Positions 14,743 to 24,920 of a stretch of DNA of 52,290 nt are shown piece after piece. Numbering within the stretch: position 1 is the stretch's first letter; each line of letters begins with the position of its first letter. This stretch comes from a virus (lineage: Duplodnaviria > Caudoviricetes), in IMG/VR virus record IMGVR_UViG_3300024259_000046, positions 1 to 52,290 of that record. One strand, given 5' to 3'. The position numbers and the translations under genes were made by a program. A model generated the notes under the pieces. It saw only the letters and a program-made list of their open reading frames with translations. It was not told where the DNA came from and ran no database searches.

Positions 14743-14985
14743 ATGAGCTTAATTCCCGGTTTTGGGTCACCACCTCCGCCACCTCCGCCACCACCTCCGC
14801 CACCTCCACCACCTCCGCCACCCGCTCCAGTTGCCCCAACAGGCAAAGTAGTGGACAAGGCAGATGCGAAGAAATCTATACTGGCTCGAAGGGCCGGTAG
14901 AGCAGGAGCACTCGTTCAAAACACCTCCGGCGGGCTTGGCGGTGTATCAAGTCAATCTGCCAGCGATGGTGGTAAATTAGGATAA
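14743..14985 (+). CDS. Polyproline virion protein, paralog 2
   Basis: MSLIPGFGS, P18 tract, RRAGRAG, ends LG. Confidence 0.7.
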   Translation: MSLIPGFGSPPPPPPPPPPPPPPPPPPAPVAPTGKVVDKADAKKSILARRAGRAGALVQNTSGGLGGVSSQSASDGGKLG

Positions 14986-14987
14986 TC

Positions 14988-16670
14988 ATGGAACTAGACA
15001 CAGACCAAGCAATTGTTCAGCACCACATTAAACAACAAGCCGCGGCATCCAACCGTCGTTCACAGTTTGACCAGCACTGGGAAGACTTGGGCAGAGTAAT
15101 GCTCTCTACCCGTCAAGGGTTTACATCAACAATTATTGATGGGGACTACAGACTGGAAGATGTGTATGATGGGACACCTATGCAGAATGCTAGAAGTTTA
15201 GCTAATACTGTGGGGGCAATGATCCGACCAGAAGGTGAAGACCTCGTCAGATTGAAAGCCGAGGATGATAGCATAAATGACCAAGGTGACGCGAACGACT
15301 GGTTAGGCCGTGCCAGCATGATTCTAAATCAATCGATGCGTGAACCGAGAGCCAGATTCAGACAGGCCACCGGTGAAGTCGACCTTGATCTTGTGGTAAT
15401 GGGAACTGGGATTTTATTTGCCGGCTTGGCACAGTCACAGGACCATTTGATATACCAAAGTGTGCATCTGAAAGACGGCTTCCCAATGTTTAACGACGAA
15501 GGTAACCCGCACGGATTGTACAGAACCAAGAAGGTTTTTATCTGGCAGGCAGAACTGATGTTTGGCAGAGAAAATCTTTCAACCGAAGTTCAAGAGAAAA
15601 TACAGGCGAACCAACATGGTGACATTAAGATCGATCTCTTATATTGGGTGGGGAAGAGAAAAGGCGCACAAGAAGATGATCCAATCTTTGCTACCAACTT
15701 ACCATACGAAGAAATTTGGATGGAAGTTCAAACGAAGCACATCATCGCAGAAGGCGGCTTCCACGAATTCCCTTTCATTATCCCACGGTGGGACACTACA
15801 GCAGGAGAGGAGTACGGTCGATCTCCGGGTATGATCGCTCTACCTGATGCTAACACACTTCAAGCAATGGGCGAAACCATCTTGGTTGCTGGTCAGCGAT
15901 TAGCTGATCCTCCAATCATGGCTCCACATGATGGTATGTTCCAAGAAGTTATGACGTTCCCCGGGGGTATCACTTATTACGATCCGGCTTCGGCCGCCGC
16001 TGTTGGTGGTAACCCATTCTTCCCAATGGTGTCTGGAAACAACTTACCCGTTACTCGGGATATGCAAACAGATATAAGGAATCAAGTCTCTGCGGCTTTC
16101 TTTAGAAATATACTGAACTTGCCTCAAGATGGTCCCCAAATGACTGCGACAGAAATCATCCAACGAAAGGATGAGTTTATTCGCGAGGTTGGTCCGGTAT
16201 TTGGTAGATTCCAAACAGACTATAACGAACCACTGGTTAACCGTTCGTTCCGTATTCTGTTCCGTGAAAACGCCTTCGGTGAACCACCGGAGTCATTGGC
16301 TGGACAAAATATCAAGTTCGTATTTGACCTACCGGTTAACAAGATCAAGAAACAAGTTCAAGCGGCCGCGGCAACGCAGTTTGCTTTGGAAATGCTTCAA
16401 CTGTCTCAAGCCTATCCACAGGCGAAACACATTGTTAACGTGGACGCGCTGGCCCGTCACAACGCTGATGCCGCCGCACTGCCACATGACATTGTGAATT
16501 CGAAAGAGGAAGTGGCTCAGAAGGTCCAAGCTGAACAACAAGCTCTGGCCGAACAACAAAAAATGGCTATGATGGAGCAGGGCGCCAACACAGCAAGCAA
16601 GGGCGCTAAAGCCATGAAGGACGCGGGGCTTGTACAAGACCCGAATAAACCTGTAGAAGGAGAAGCTTAA
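14988..16670 (+). CDS. Portal (head-to-tail connector, T7 gp8-like)
   Basis: FPFIIPRW...GEEYGRSP, MTATEI motifs. Confidence 0.93.
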   Translation: MELDTDQAIVQHHIKQQAAASNRRSQFDQHWEDLGRVMLSTRQGFTSTIIDGDYRLEDVYDGTPMQNARSLANTVGAMIRPEGEDLVRLKAEDDSINDQGDANDWLGRASMILNQSMREPRARFRQATGEVDLDLVVMGTGILFAGLAQSQDHLIYQSVHLKDGFPMFNDEGNPHGLYRTKKVFIWQAELMFGRENLSTEVQEKIQANQHGDIKIDLLYWVGKRKGAQEDDPIFATNLPYEEIWMEVQTKHIIAEGGFHEFPFIIPRWDTTAGEEYGRSPGMIALPDANTLQAMGETILVAGQRLADPPIMAPHDGMFQEVMTFPGGITYYDPASAAAVGGNPFFPMVSGNNLPVTRDMQTDIRNQVSAAFFRNILNLPQDGPQMTATEIIQRKDEFIREVGPVFGRFQTDYNEPLVNRSFRILFRENAFGEPPESLAGQNIKFVFDLPVNKIKKQVQAAAATQFALEMLQLSQAYPQAKHIVNVDALARHNADAAALPHDIVNSKEEVAQKVQAEQQALAEQQKMAMMEQGANTASKGAKAMKDAGLVQDPNKPVEGEA

Positions 16671-17020
16671 TGGTAGCACCTATCATAGCTGGGGCCCTTA
16701 GATTGGGGGCTAGATTATTGTCTGGAAAAGTGGGGAAAGACCGCGCCAAAGCCTTAGCTAAGAAGCGTGTTGAGAACCGAAGAAAGAAAAGCGACAAGCG
16801 AGTGGCTAAGAAGAAAAAAGAGTCGAATAAAAAGCGCGACGAGGTAAGGGCAGAAATGAAAAAGAGGCAGGAAAAGAAACAAAAAGAAAAAGCAAAATCT
16901 TTACGTTCTAGAGAAGAGGTCGCGTTAGATTTTGCTGTTAAAGCCGGGGCTACCGGAGCCGCCTTAATAGGAGGAGCCGCCGCTATCGACAGAAGTAAGA
17001 ACAAGAAGAAGGAAAAATAA
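16670..17020 (+). CDS. Lys/Arg-rich hypothetical protein
   Basis: TAATG-coupled to portal. Confidence 0.65.
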   Translation: MVAPIIAGALRLGARLLSGKVGKDRAKALAKKRVENRRKKSDKRVAKKKKESNKKRDEVRAEMKKRQEKKQKEKAKSLRSREEVALDFAVKAGATGAALIGGAAAIDRSKNKKKEK

Positions 17021-17203
17021 ATGGGGACCAAAGAAACGGCGAAAGAAAGAGCTAAAAGAATAAAGAAAGAAAAAGAAGCTCTTGAACAACTCCGCTTGAA
17101 AAAGTGGTTTGACGACGACAGGCCTAAGCCTAAAATGAAGCTTAAAAAAACTGAAGTTACACACCATGGGAGACAAGGCGCTCAAGTGGCCTCAAGGAGA
17201 TAA
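17021..17203 (+). CDS. Small basic protein
   Basis: Tightly packed ORF with AAGGA RBS. Confidence 0.55.
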   Translation: MGTKETAKERAKRIKKEKEALEQLRLKKWFDDDRPKPKMKLKKTEVTHHGRQGAQVASRR

Positions 17204-17538
17204 TGGTAGTCAAGGCGAAAAAGAAAGTAGTTAGAAAGAAGAAACCCGTGATCGATGATCTGGACATGTTGGCCCGGGTTTCCCAATACGAAAATGACTT
17301 GGACAGGCACAATGACTTTAAGACCGTGTTTGAAACCGAGCAAGGCAAGAAGGTATTACGTGAAATTTTAGGTATGGGGTACATCCTCAATGACAACATT
17401 AAAATCAATAAGTACGGCGTGGACACGAGTGCTACGCTTATTTCAACAGGGGAGCGCAAGCTTGCTTTGGCTATCCACAGGATTACCACGGTAGAGCCTT
17501 TGACTTCCCCACCACGAAAACAAATAACGAGGCGATAA
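17203..17538 (+). CDS. Bbp19-like head-module protein
   Basis: FKTVFETEQGKKVL...GERKL motif, between portal and scaffold. Confidence 0.65.
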   Translation: MVVKAKKKVVRKKKPVIDDLDMLARVSQYENDLDRHNDFKTVFETEQGKKVLREILGMGYILNDNIKINKYGVDTSATLISTGERKLALAIHRITTVEPLTSPPRKQITRR

Positions 17539-17541
17539 ATT

Positions 17542-18441
17542 ATGACAGAGGCGACTGAAACAGCAGATGCACCGGCACCCACAGCGACAGAAGACGTCCT
17601 AGAAACCCCAACAGCAGAAGATGGTGTTGGAGAGGAGACATCCCAAGATGCCACTCTCACATGGCGGGACGGGATTCAAGACGACGGTTTGAAGAAACAC
17701 GCGGAGAGGTTTACATCGTTGGATGCCCTCGTACAGGGTAACGCGGATTTAAGGAAACAAGTTTCTAAATCGATTTCAAAACCGGGTGATGATGCTACAA
17801 CAGAACAAATTGACGCTTTCAGAGAAGCTGTGGGGGTTCCTAAAGAATCTTCTGAGTATGAGTTTTTCTTCGAAGAAGGTAAAGAACTCAGCGACCGAGA
17901 ACAAAAGTCTCAAGACCACTGGGCTGAATTGTTTCATAAGAACAACGTGCCTAAAGACACGGCTGATGAACTCGTCAAAGAATTCCGAACAGAGTTAGAA
18001 GCTGTCATGACCGAGCGCGTCAAGGAGGACGGCAAGGTTGTTGAGCAATCGAAAGAAGAATTAAAAGAGGCTTGGGGGGATGACTATGATAAGAATATCA
18101 TCTTCGCCGCCAAGGCCAGTGAGAAGCTCTTCGGGGAGGATTACGAAGAAGCTCGATATATAGAGGACAAGCACGGCAATTTTGTTCTCGACAACCCCAT
18201 TATGAACAAGCTTATGGCCAAATTGGGCCGGCAAATGGGTGAAGGCGCTCTTATGGGTGTGGTAACCGGCGAAGAACGTGATACGATCATGGGCAAAGCT
18301 GACACATACCGTGAGAAAGCACAAGAAGCATACAACAAAGGCGACACCAAAACCGCTAACAAGTTCTCTGAACTGGAACGACAGGCTTTAGAAGCACTTG
18401 ATAGCGGCGCCATAGTTGGAACTCACGGGAGACAGGCTTGA
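17542..18441 (+). CDS. Capsid scaffolding protein
   Basis: Acidic helical protein, LKEAWGDDYDKN, upstream of the MCP. Confidence 0.8.
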   Translation: MTEATETADAPAPTATEDVLETPTAEDGVGEETSQDATLTWRDGIQDDGLKKHAERFTSLDALVQGNADLRKQVSKSISKPGDDATTEQIDAFREAVGVPKESSEYEFFFEEGKELSDREQKSQDHWAELFHKNNVPKDTADELVKEFRTELEAVMTERVKEDGKVVEQSKEELKEAWGDDYDKNIIFAAKASEKLFGEDYEEARYIEDKHGNFVLDNPIMNKLMAKLGRQMGEGALMGVVTGEERDTIMGKADTYREKAQEAYNKGDTKTANKFSELERQALEALDSGAIVGTHGRQA

Positions 18442-18713
18442 GCCACGAGAAAAGCGCTACATTTGGGTTTGAAGAAGGCCACGTTGTTGTCAACACGGCT
18501 GGGTTCCGATCAGACAAAGCGGCTATAAACGCCACTATGTCCAAGAAAAACCGGAAACGCGTTAAACCCAAGTTTCACAAAACGGAGAAGGAAGCTACCA
18601 AAGCTTCTAAGAAGCGTTCGCGGAAAACTACGGCTAAAAAGCTCCGCAATTCTCAAGGACGGTTTGGAGCTAGGCTTTTACCGCTACCTCACGACCATGA
18701 TAAACATAAATAA
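18438..18713 (+). CDS. Basic hypothetical protein
   Basis: TTGA-coupled ORF, 91 aa. Confidence 0.55.
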   Translation: MSHEKSATFGFEEGHVVVNTAGFRSDKAAINATMSKKNRKRVKPKFHKTEKEATKASKKRSRKTTAKKLRNSQGRFGARLLPLPHDHDKHK

Positions 18714-18716
18714 TAG

Positions 18717-18752
18717 TTGACATTTAGGGCATAATCTTGTATTATGCCCTAA
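18717..18752 (+). promoter_or_regulatory. sigma70 promoter for the capsid gene, overlapped by a perfect 12-bp inverted repeat
   Basis: TTGACA-17-TATTAT; TTAGGGCATAAT-5-ATTATGCCCTAA. Confidence 0.8.
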
Positions 18753-18893
18753 TAAAGCAGTACCCTACATTACCGACGCCCCGTTTAACCAAATGATGGC
18801 CTCCTCACGGACTTCCCTGAATTGCGGTTAGCATAACGGCTTCCCGAAGTAACGTAATAGTTTACATCTTATTACTCTCACTTGGAGGCTTAA

Positions 18894-19790
18894 ATGTCTA
18901 CCACAATTAACAATGCGTTTATTACGCAGTATGAACGCGATGTTCATGACGTCTTCCAACGTAATGGTTCGGTTCTAAAACCAACTGTTCGTTTTAAGTC
19001 TGACGTTGTTGGTTCTGTGGCCACGTTCCAAAAAATCGGAAAAGGTCTAGCCACAACTAAAGCGCGTCACGGGACTATCACTCCCATGAACCAAACACAT
19101 ACAGCGGTTTCTACTACGCTGGCTGATTTCTATGCCGGTGACTGGGTAGATAAACTGGACGAAGCTAAAATCAACATCGACGAGCGTAAAGCTATCGCGC
19201 GCGGTGGTGCTAAAGCTCTCGGACGGAAAGTTGACGACCAGCTTCTAACGACACTGGACACAACTTCTCAATCAACTGTTACTCTGACAGTTACAACTTC
19301 TGCACAAGTTCGTAATGGACTGCTGGACATGATCGAAGCAATGATCGTGAACGACGCCTACGAACCCGGAAACATGTATGGTGTTATGTCTCCCCACCTA
19401 TGGGCGGCCGCATCTACAATCAAAGAGTTCGCTAGCGCGGATTACGTTTCTGGAAACGGTCTACCTTTCATGGAAGGTGCTCCGGTCGGAATGTTCAAGC
19501 GTTGGGGTCAAGTTCTATGGACAGTACACTCAGGTGTGCCAAACGTAGGAACGGCAACTTCGAAAGTGTTCTTGTGGAATAAAGACGCGGTTGGATACGC
19601 GGCTGGTAAAACACCTGCGAACCTTGCTGGTGCCGGAAAAGAGACATCTGTCGGTGCTGATATTACATGGCATGGTGACAGAGCGGCTCACTTTATTAAC
19701 CACGCCATGTCAGGTAACTCTGTCATGATCGATGACGCCGGTGTTATTGAGGGTAACCTTAATGATGGGGCCACTCTTCCAACAGCGTAA
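18894..19790 (+). CDS. Major capsid protein
   Basis: MSTTINNAFITQY, DWVDKLDEAK, ALGRKVDD; GGAGG RBS. Confidence 0.9.
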   Translation: MSTTINNAFITQYERDVHDVFQRNGSVLKPTVRFKSDVVGSVATFQKIGKGLATTKARHGTITPMNQTHTAVSTTLADFYAGDWVDKLDEAKINIDERKAIARGGAKALGRKVDDQLLTTLDTTSQSTVTLTVTTSAQVRNGLLDMIEAMIVNDAYEPGNMYGVMSPHLWAAASTIKEFASADYVSGNGLPFMEGAPVGMFKRWGQVLWTVHSGVPNVGTATSKVFLWNKDAVGYAAGKTPANLAGAGKETSVGADITWHGDRAAHFINHAMSGNSVMIDDAGVIEGNLNDGATLPTA

Positions 19791-19808
19791 CGTAGGAGGA
19801 ATTGAATT

Positions 19809-20480
19809 ATGGCTTATACAGCGGCGGATTTATACTACCAAGGGGATACATATCCCGGTAGAGCAAGTTACACTTATACATCAGACACGGATACCCAAGC
19901 CACAGTTCTTGCGGCTGGGTATTTTAACAACTCTGACAACGATCTAAACTTGACTGTCGATGACCAAATTCAGGTTATTGGCGATCAAGGTAATTACATG
20001 ATGAGCGTTGTTAGTATTTCATCCGGCTCTGTCACTACCAAGCTTGTAACCGGTGATGATGGGTCCATCGGATGTGGTGCTACTCTCACAGTAAGTAAAG
20101 CCATCCACGATGGCCGTACTATTTACTTGGACACAGCGGCGGGATCGGTTCTTACGCTTCCTGCGGCTACCGGTAGTGGTATGAAACTTAAAGTGGTTGT
20201 GAGTGTTGGTGTAACAAGTAACACCCACAATATCAAGGTTACTGGCGACGACACGTTTGCTGGTCACATTCTCCAAACTGACGTCGATACCTCTGATGCG
20301 CTTGTCTCTTACCCGGCAATTGCGGCGGATACTTTCGACGACATTTCCATGAACGGAACCACTACTGGTGGTCTAATCGGGGACTGGTTTGAATTGGAAG
20401 ATGTTATCACTGATACTTGGGTTGTTAAAGGTCTTACCAACGCAAACGGCACTGTAGCAACGCCGTGGGTAACTACCTAA
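19809..20480 (+). CDS. Capsid decoration / head fibre protein
   Basis: Follows the MCP; AAGYFNN domain plus VLTLPAATGSG beta domain. Confidence 0.6.
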   Translation: MAYTAADLYYQGDTYPGRASYTYTSDTDTQATVLAAGYFNNSDNDLNLTVDDQIQVIGDQGNYMMSVVSISSGSVTTKLVTGDDGSIGCGATLTVSKAIHDGRTIYLDTAAGSVLTLPAATGSGMKLKVVVSVGVTSNTHNIKVTGDDTFAGHILQTDVDTSDALVSYPAIAADTFDDISMNGTTTGGLIGDWFELEDVITDTWVVKGLTNANGTVATPWVTT

Positions 20481-20493
20481 GTTTTATTTTTAT

Positions 20494-20519
20494 CGGGGAG
20501 GTTCGCCTCCCCGGTTTTT
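20494..20519 (+). terminator. Intrinsic terminator
   Basis: CGGGGAGG-TTCG-CCTCCCCG then GTTTTT. Confidence 0.85.
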
Positions 20520-20540
20520 AACCTTAACAAAGGAACAACA

Positions 20541-20837
20541 ATGGCTTTTGACACTAGTGAACTAGCTTCGTTGGGACACGTTAACGGTTACAATTATTAC
20601 AGATACGATACCCTCGACGCTCACACCGATGTCGATGGAGCCGGGTACTTCAACAACATTGACGACGACCAGAACTTTGCGGTCGGAGAAATTATATATG
20701 TTGTTGTTTGGTCTACGGCGGTTCGTACGGGGACTATCTCTACATACGGTACACACATCGTTAACGCGGTGAATACGTCTACCGGAGTCGTAGATACTTC
20801 TAACGTAACAACTGGAACTGTTACTGACTCAGATTAA
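20541..20837 (+). CDS. Capsid decoration protein, paralog of the 19809 N-terminal domain
   Basis: YDTLDAHTDVDGAGYFNN versus YTSDTDTQATVLAAGYFNN. Confidence 0.6.
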   Translation: MAFDTSELASLGHVNGYNYYRYDTLDAHTDVDGAGYFNNIDDDQNFAVGEIIYVVVWSTAVRTGTISTYGTHIVNAVNTSTGVVDTSNVTTGTVTDSD

Positions 20838-20841
20838 CGGG

Positions 20842-20863
20842 AAGGGCCTTCGGGCCCTTTTTT
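20842..20863 (+). terminator. Intrinsic terminator
   Basis: AAGGGCC-TTCG-GGCCCTT-TTTT. Confidence 0.88.
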
Positions 20864-20884
20864 AATTTCTACATAGGAGACTTT

Positions 20885-21388
20885 ATGTCAATCAAGGCGA
20901 AAACGCACAACCTCAACAAGCCGGAAGACGGCAACTACGGAAAACAGTTCAACTACATTTGTAAAGACCACGACGTTCAGACATGCTTCCAACCGAATTT
21001 CTTTGACACACTGGCTGGGAACTTCATGGCCGGCGATACCATTCGCTGTTTAAAGATTGTGAAAGAAAGAGTCACACATATGTGTGAAGGTGTTGTCCTT
21101 TCAGTTAACATCGATGGGAACAAACGTGAAGTTGATTTTCGCCCGATTGTAGCGAAGATCATGACTTTTCCGGAAGTCAACTATTTGCACGACAACGATC
21201 AAAAGCTGGAAGAAAAAGAGTCACACGAAGAATACATCAAGAAGGACGGTGTGGCGAAGTACAATAAGAAAACACGGCAGTACGAAGTATTTGTAGATGA
21301 TATTATTGTTTACGCAAGTCAAAATAAAAAATTCGCGGAAGAAGTAGCCCGCGGGGACAAAGCGATCCCGGAAAGACCTAAAAAGTAG
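20885..21388 (+). CDS. Hypothetical virion-module protein
   Basis: AGGAG RBS; 167 aa. Confidence 0.7.
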   Translation: MSIKAKTHNLNKPEDGNYGKQFNYICKDHDVQTCFQPNFFDTLAGNFMAGDTIRCLKIVKERVTHMCEGVVLSVNIDGNKREVDFRPIVAKIMTFPEVNYLHDNDQKLEEKESHEEYIKKDGVAKYNKKTRQYEVFVDDIIVYASQNKKFAEEVARGDKAIPERPKK

Positions 21389-21979
21389 ATGCCAAGTGAA
21401 ACTGATATCGCCAACGTGGCCCTTCGCCTCGTTGGTGGTACTCGTATAACGTCGCTGACACAGGGAACACCCAACGCGAACGCTGTACAAGACATTTATA
21501 CGGAAGTCAGAGACCAGATGCTGGAGTTCCCATGGAACTTCGCAACCAAGCGTGTGAAATTAGCCCAGTCGGCTACTGATCCTACGTTCGGTTACGACAA
21601 CGCATTTGCCTTGCCATCTGACTGGATGTTCACAATCTCCGCGCACGATAACGATGAAGGCGTGGGGACAATTGACTACAGAGAAGAACAGGTTGGCGGA
21701 CAGAAAGTTATCGTCACCAATTATTCTGATGTGTATCTCATCTACACGTACAAAGAAACAGACCCAAACATTATGACGCCAGCGTTCAGAATCGCACTGG
21801 CGTCCGCTCTCGCAAGAGACCTCGCCATTACGATTGCAAACAGCAACGTCTTGGAGGACCAATTATCTAAGAGAGCCACCAAGGATTTAATGAAGGCCAA
21901 ATCTCTCGACGGCATGGGCTCATTCCCAGAGCAGAGACCAAGAGGTTCTTGGGCCAACTCACGAAACGGTTATAGATAA
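21389..21979 (+). CDS. Tail tubular protein A (adaptor, T7 gp11-like)
   Basis: DIANVALRLVG, PWNFATKR, ALPSD motifs. Confidence 0.85.
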   Translation: MPSETDIANVALRLVGGTRITSLTQGTPNANAVQDIYTEVRDQMLEFPWNFATKRVKLAQSATDPTFGYDNAFALPSDWMFTISAHDNDEGVGTIDYREEQVGGQKVIVTNYSDVYLIYTYKETDPNIMTPAFRIALASALARDLAITIANSNVLEDQLSKRATKDLMKAKSLDGMGSFPEQRPRGSWANSRNGYR

Positions 21980-24468
21980 TGCCCAAGGTTCATCCATTAA
22001 CACCCTCAATGAACACTGGGGAGTTATCTCCCCGTCTGTCAGGTAGGGTCGATTTTAGTAAGTACCCAAGCGGGCTTGCTACGCTGGAAAACATGCTCCC
22101 TCTCCCAGAGGGTGGTGTATCCAGACGAGCCGGTACACGGTATGTTGCGGCCACTAAAACAGGCGCTACTGTAAAATCTCGTCTTAAGAAGTTCGAATTC
22201 TCAACAACACAAAATTACATCATCGAAATGGGCGCCGGCAATATGCGCTTCTATCGAGACCAAGGCCAGATTACCGTTCCAGATATAACAGCTTCCATTA
22301 CGAACGGGACGTTTGATTCAGACGTAAGTAGCTGGACAGATAATTCAGGTGCTGGGTCGTCTATATCACATGATGCAACGAACGACCGGATGAACCTTAC
22401 ATCCAACGGTACAACGGAAGCAGAAGGCGAACAGCAAGTTACAAACGCTTCCGCGGTAGAACACGTTTTACAATTCCAAGTATTAGGAGCGCCGGGCGAC
22501 TATGTATTTTTCAGTGTTGGTACGGCATCAGGGGGCACACAGCTAGTTGATAGTTTTATCGCAGAGGTTGGGTACCACGCGTATTCATTCACAGCCACTG
22601 CGGCAGATTTCTATATCAGGTTCCATAATGAACTTGGTAAAGCTGTACAGATCGACAACGTTGCGTTGCTTGACGACGCACCGGTTGAATTGAATACTCC
22701 GTATGCGGAGGCTGATTTATATGAAATCGAGGGCCCGCAGTCCGCCGATATTTTGTATATGTTCCATGGTTCTTATCCGACGTACCGGTTAGAACGCCGG
22801 GGGCACACAACTTGGTCGTTAATTGAAGTACCGTGGCAGGACGGACCGTGGTTACCAGAGAATACAACTACAACTACTATGACCGCCTCGGCCGCTACAG
22901 GCTTGGGGATAACGGTTACCGCTTCGTCAGTTAATGGTGTTAACGGTGGCGCTGGTTTCCAAACGACCGACATTGGTAGATCAATAAGAATTTCAGACGA
23001 CTCAACTGTCAACTGGGGTTGGGGAGTTATCACGGCCAGAGCCAGCACAACATCGGTAACGGTGGATATCGAAAGAACTTTCGTAGTCACAACTGCAGAG
23101 GTTTCTTGGCGCCTTGGTATTTTATCAGGCACTACAGGTTACCCATCAACGGGAGCGTTTTTTGAACAGAGATTATATGTTGCGGGTACTACGGATAAGC
23201 CACAAACGTTTTGGGCATCAAATACCGGGGACTTCGAAAACCACGCGCCGGACTCCGATCCTACTTCGGGTACTTTCGATGGCACAGTGGAAGACGATGA
23301 TGCTCTGGATTTTACCATTTCTGCTGATAATGTTAATGCTATTCGCTGGATGTCAGCCGGTGAGGATACGTTGTCTATTGGTACTACCGGAGGAGAGTGG
23401 ATTCCTTCTTCCACTGGATCAGTTATCACGCCATCAGATATCACCGTTCGGAGACAAACGACGCATGGATCGGCGCAGATTGCTCCAGTACGAGTTGATA
23501 ACATCGTCTTGTTCGCACAACGTGCTAAGCGGAAAATTAGAGAATTTGGATTCACATTCGAAACAGACGGGTACCAAGCGTTTGACATGACAAGATTGGC
23601 CCAACACGTTACCCAAGGAGGTATCGTGGAAATGGACCACGCAGAAGAGCCTGATTCGCAGGTATGGGTGGTCCGTGGAGACGGGCAGTTACCGGGGATG
23701 ACATTCCGGAGACAGGAAGATATTGTAGGATGGGCCAGACACAAGCTCGGGGGTGTTTTCAGCACCGGCCACGCTATCGTGGAGAGCGTAGCCGTCATAC
23801 CGGGCGCTAATGGGTCAGGACAGGTACACAGTTCCGAAACGAGGGACGAAGTATGGGTTCAGGTTAAAAGGACCATAAACAGCGCTACAGTGCGTTACGT
23901 GGAGTTCATAGAAAGGGACTACGACGACGATCAGGATGCCAACGATGCTGTTTACAGTGACTGTGCGATCACATACGACAGCACATCCACCTCAACTATC
24001 TCAGGATTGGATCATTTAGAGGGTGAAACGGTTAAGATTTGGGCAGATGCGGCTCTACAGGCGGATAAAACCGTGGCCAGTGGCAGTATTTCACTGGATG
24101 TAGCGGCAACACACGTTCAAATCGGGTTGGGTTACACCCACAAAATCAAGACTTTGAAGTTTGAGGGCGGTAATGCGTCCGGGACTTCGGTTGGGCGAAC
24201 AAAAAGAATAAACGGCATCACTTTTGTAGTGCTTTATAGCCATACATTGGAGTATAATGTAGACGGTTCAAGTACATTTCAAAAGAATGATTTCAGGGAG
24301 GTTTCTGACGTCATGGACTCAGCGACACCCCTATATACTGGTGAACTATTTGTAGAAGTAGAAGGAAACTGGGAATCTGATCCACGACTGTACATAGAAA
24401 GTGATGATCCAGCCCCTTTCACACTACTTGCTGTGGCGCCGGAAGTGAAGATTAACGCACAGAAATAA
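21979..24468 (+). CDS. Tail tubular protein B (nozzle, T7 gp12-like)
   Basis: GELSPRL..R.D, GGVSRRAGT, YPSTGAFFEQRL, FWASNTGDFEN. Confidence 0.88.
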   Translation: MPKVHPLTPSMNTGELSPRLSGRVDFSKYPSGLATLENMLPLPEGGVSRRAGTRYVAATKTGATVKSRLKKFEFSTTQNYIIEMGAGNMRFYRDQGQITVPDITASITNGTFDSDVSSWTDNSGAGSSISHDATNDRMNLTSNGTTEAEGEQQVTNASAVEHVLQFQVLGAPGDYVFFSVGTASGGTQLVDSFIAEVGYHAYSFTATAADFYIRFHNELGKAVQIDNVALLDDAPVELNTPYAEADLYEIEGPQSADILYMFHGSYPTYRLERRGHTTWSLIEVPWQDGPWLPENTTTTTMTASAATGLGITVTASSVNGVNGGAGFQTTDIGRSIRISDDSTVNWGWGVITARASTTSVTVDIERTFVVTTAEVSWRLGILSGTTGYPSTGAFFEQRLYVAGTTDKPQTFWASNTGDFENHAPDSDPTSGTFDGTVEDDDALDFTISADNVNAIRWMSAGEDTLSIGTTGGEWIPSSTGSVITPSDITVRRQTTHGSAQIAPVRVDNIVLFAQRAKRKIREFGFTFETDGYQAFDMTRLAQHVTQGGIVEMDHAEEPDSQVWVVRGDGQLPGMTFRRQEDIVGWARHKLGGVFSTGHAIVESVAVIPGANGSGQVHSSETRDEVWVQVKRTINSATVRYVEFIERDYDDDQDANDAVYSDCAITYDSTSTSTISGLDHLEGETVKIWADAALQADKTVASGSISLDVAATHVQIGLGYTHKIKTLKFEGGNASGTSVGRTKRINGITFVVLYSHTLEYNVDGSSTFQKNDFREVSDVMDSATPLYTGELFVEVEGNWESDPRLYIESDDPAPFTLLAVAPEVKINAQK

Positions 24469-24920
24469 TGAAACGTTTCTCCGACTGGCCTGAAAGGCTA
24501 TCAATGTTTCTCGTGAAACGAGATAAGACCCCAATGGAGTGGGGTAAGTCAGATTGCGTGTTGTTAATGCTGGACGGTGTGCAAGCCAGCAACGGTGAAG
24601 ATTTAGGAGAGAAGTTCAACGTCCGGGGCCGATATACAAACATGCGTCAGGCGTTCAAACTTTTGAAGAAGTTCGCAGGAGGCGGGGTTGAAGAAGCTGT
24701 TACAGAAGTTTTCCTACGAATGGGGTACGATCAGATACCTGTGGAGAAAGCGAATTCGGGCGACCCGGTGTTACTTGATATTGAGACTGAGGAAGTTGAT
24801 AATCTTGGTTTCGGGTTAACTGGTGGATTTATGATAAGCAATGACACAGCCGTAGTTCAAGGGAGAACCGGGCTGTTGTATATTGAAAACCCAAAAGTGA
24901 TGAAAGCTTGGGCCATATGA
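24468..24920 (+). CDS. NlpC/P60-like (DUF6950-type) protein
   Basis: DWPERL, EWGKSDC, GDPVL motifs. Confidence 0.65.
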   Translation: MKRFSDWPERLSMFLVKRDKTPMEWGKSDCVLLMLDGVQASNGEDLGEKFNVRGRYTNMRQAFKLLKKFAGGGVEEAVTEVFLRMGYDQIPVEKANSGDPVLLDIETEEVDNLGFGLTGGFMISNDTAVVQGRTGLLYIENPKVMKAWAI

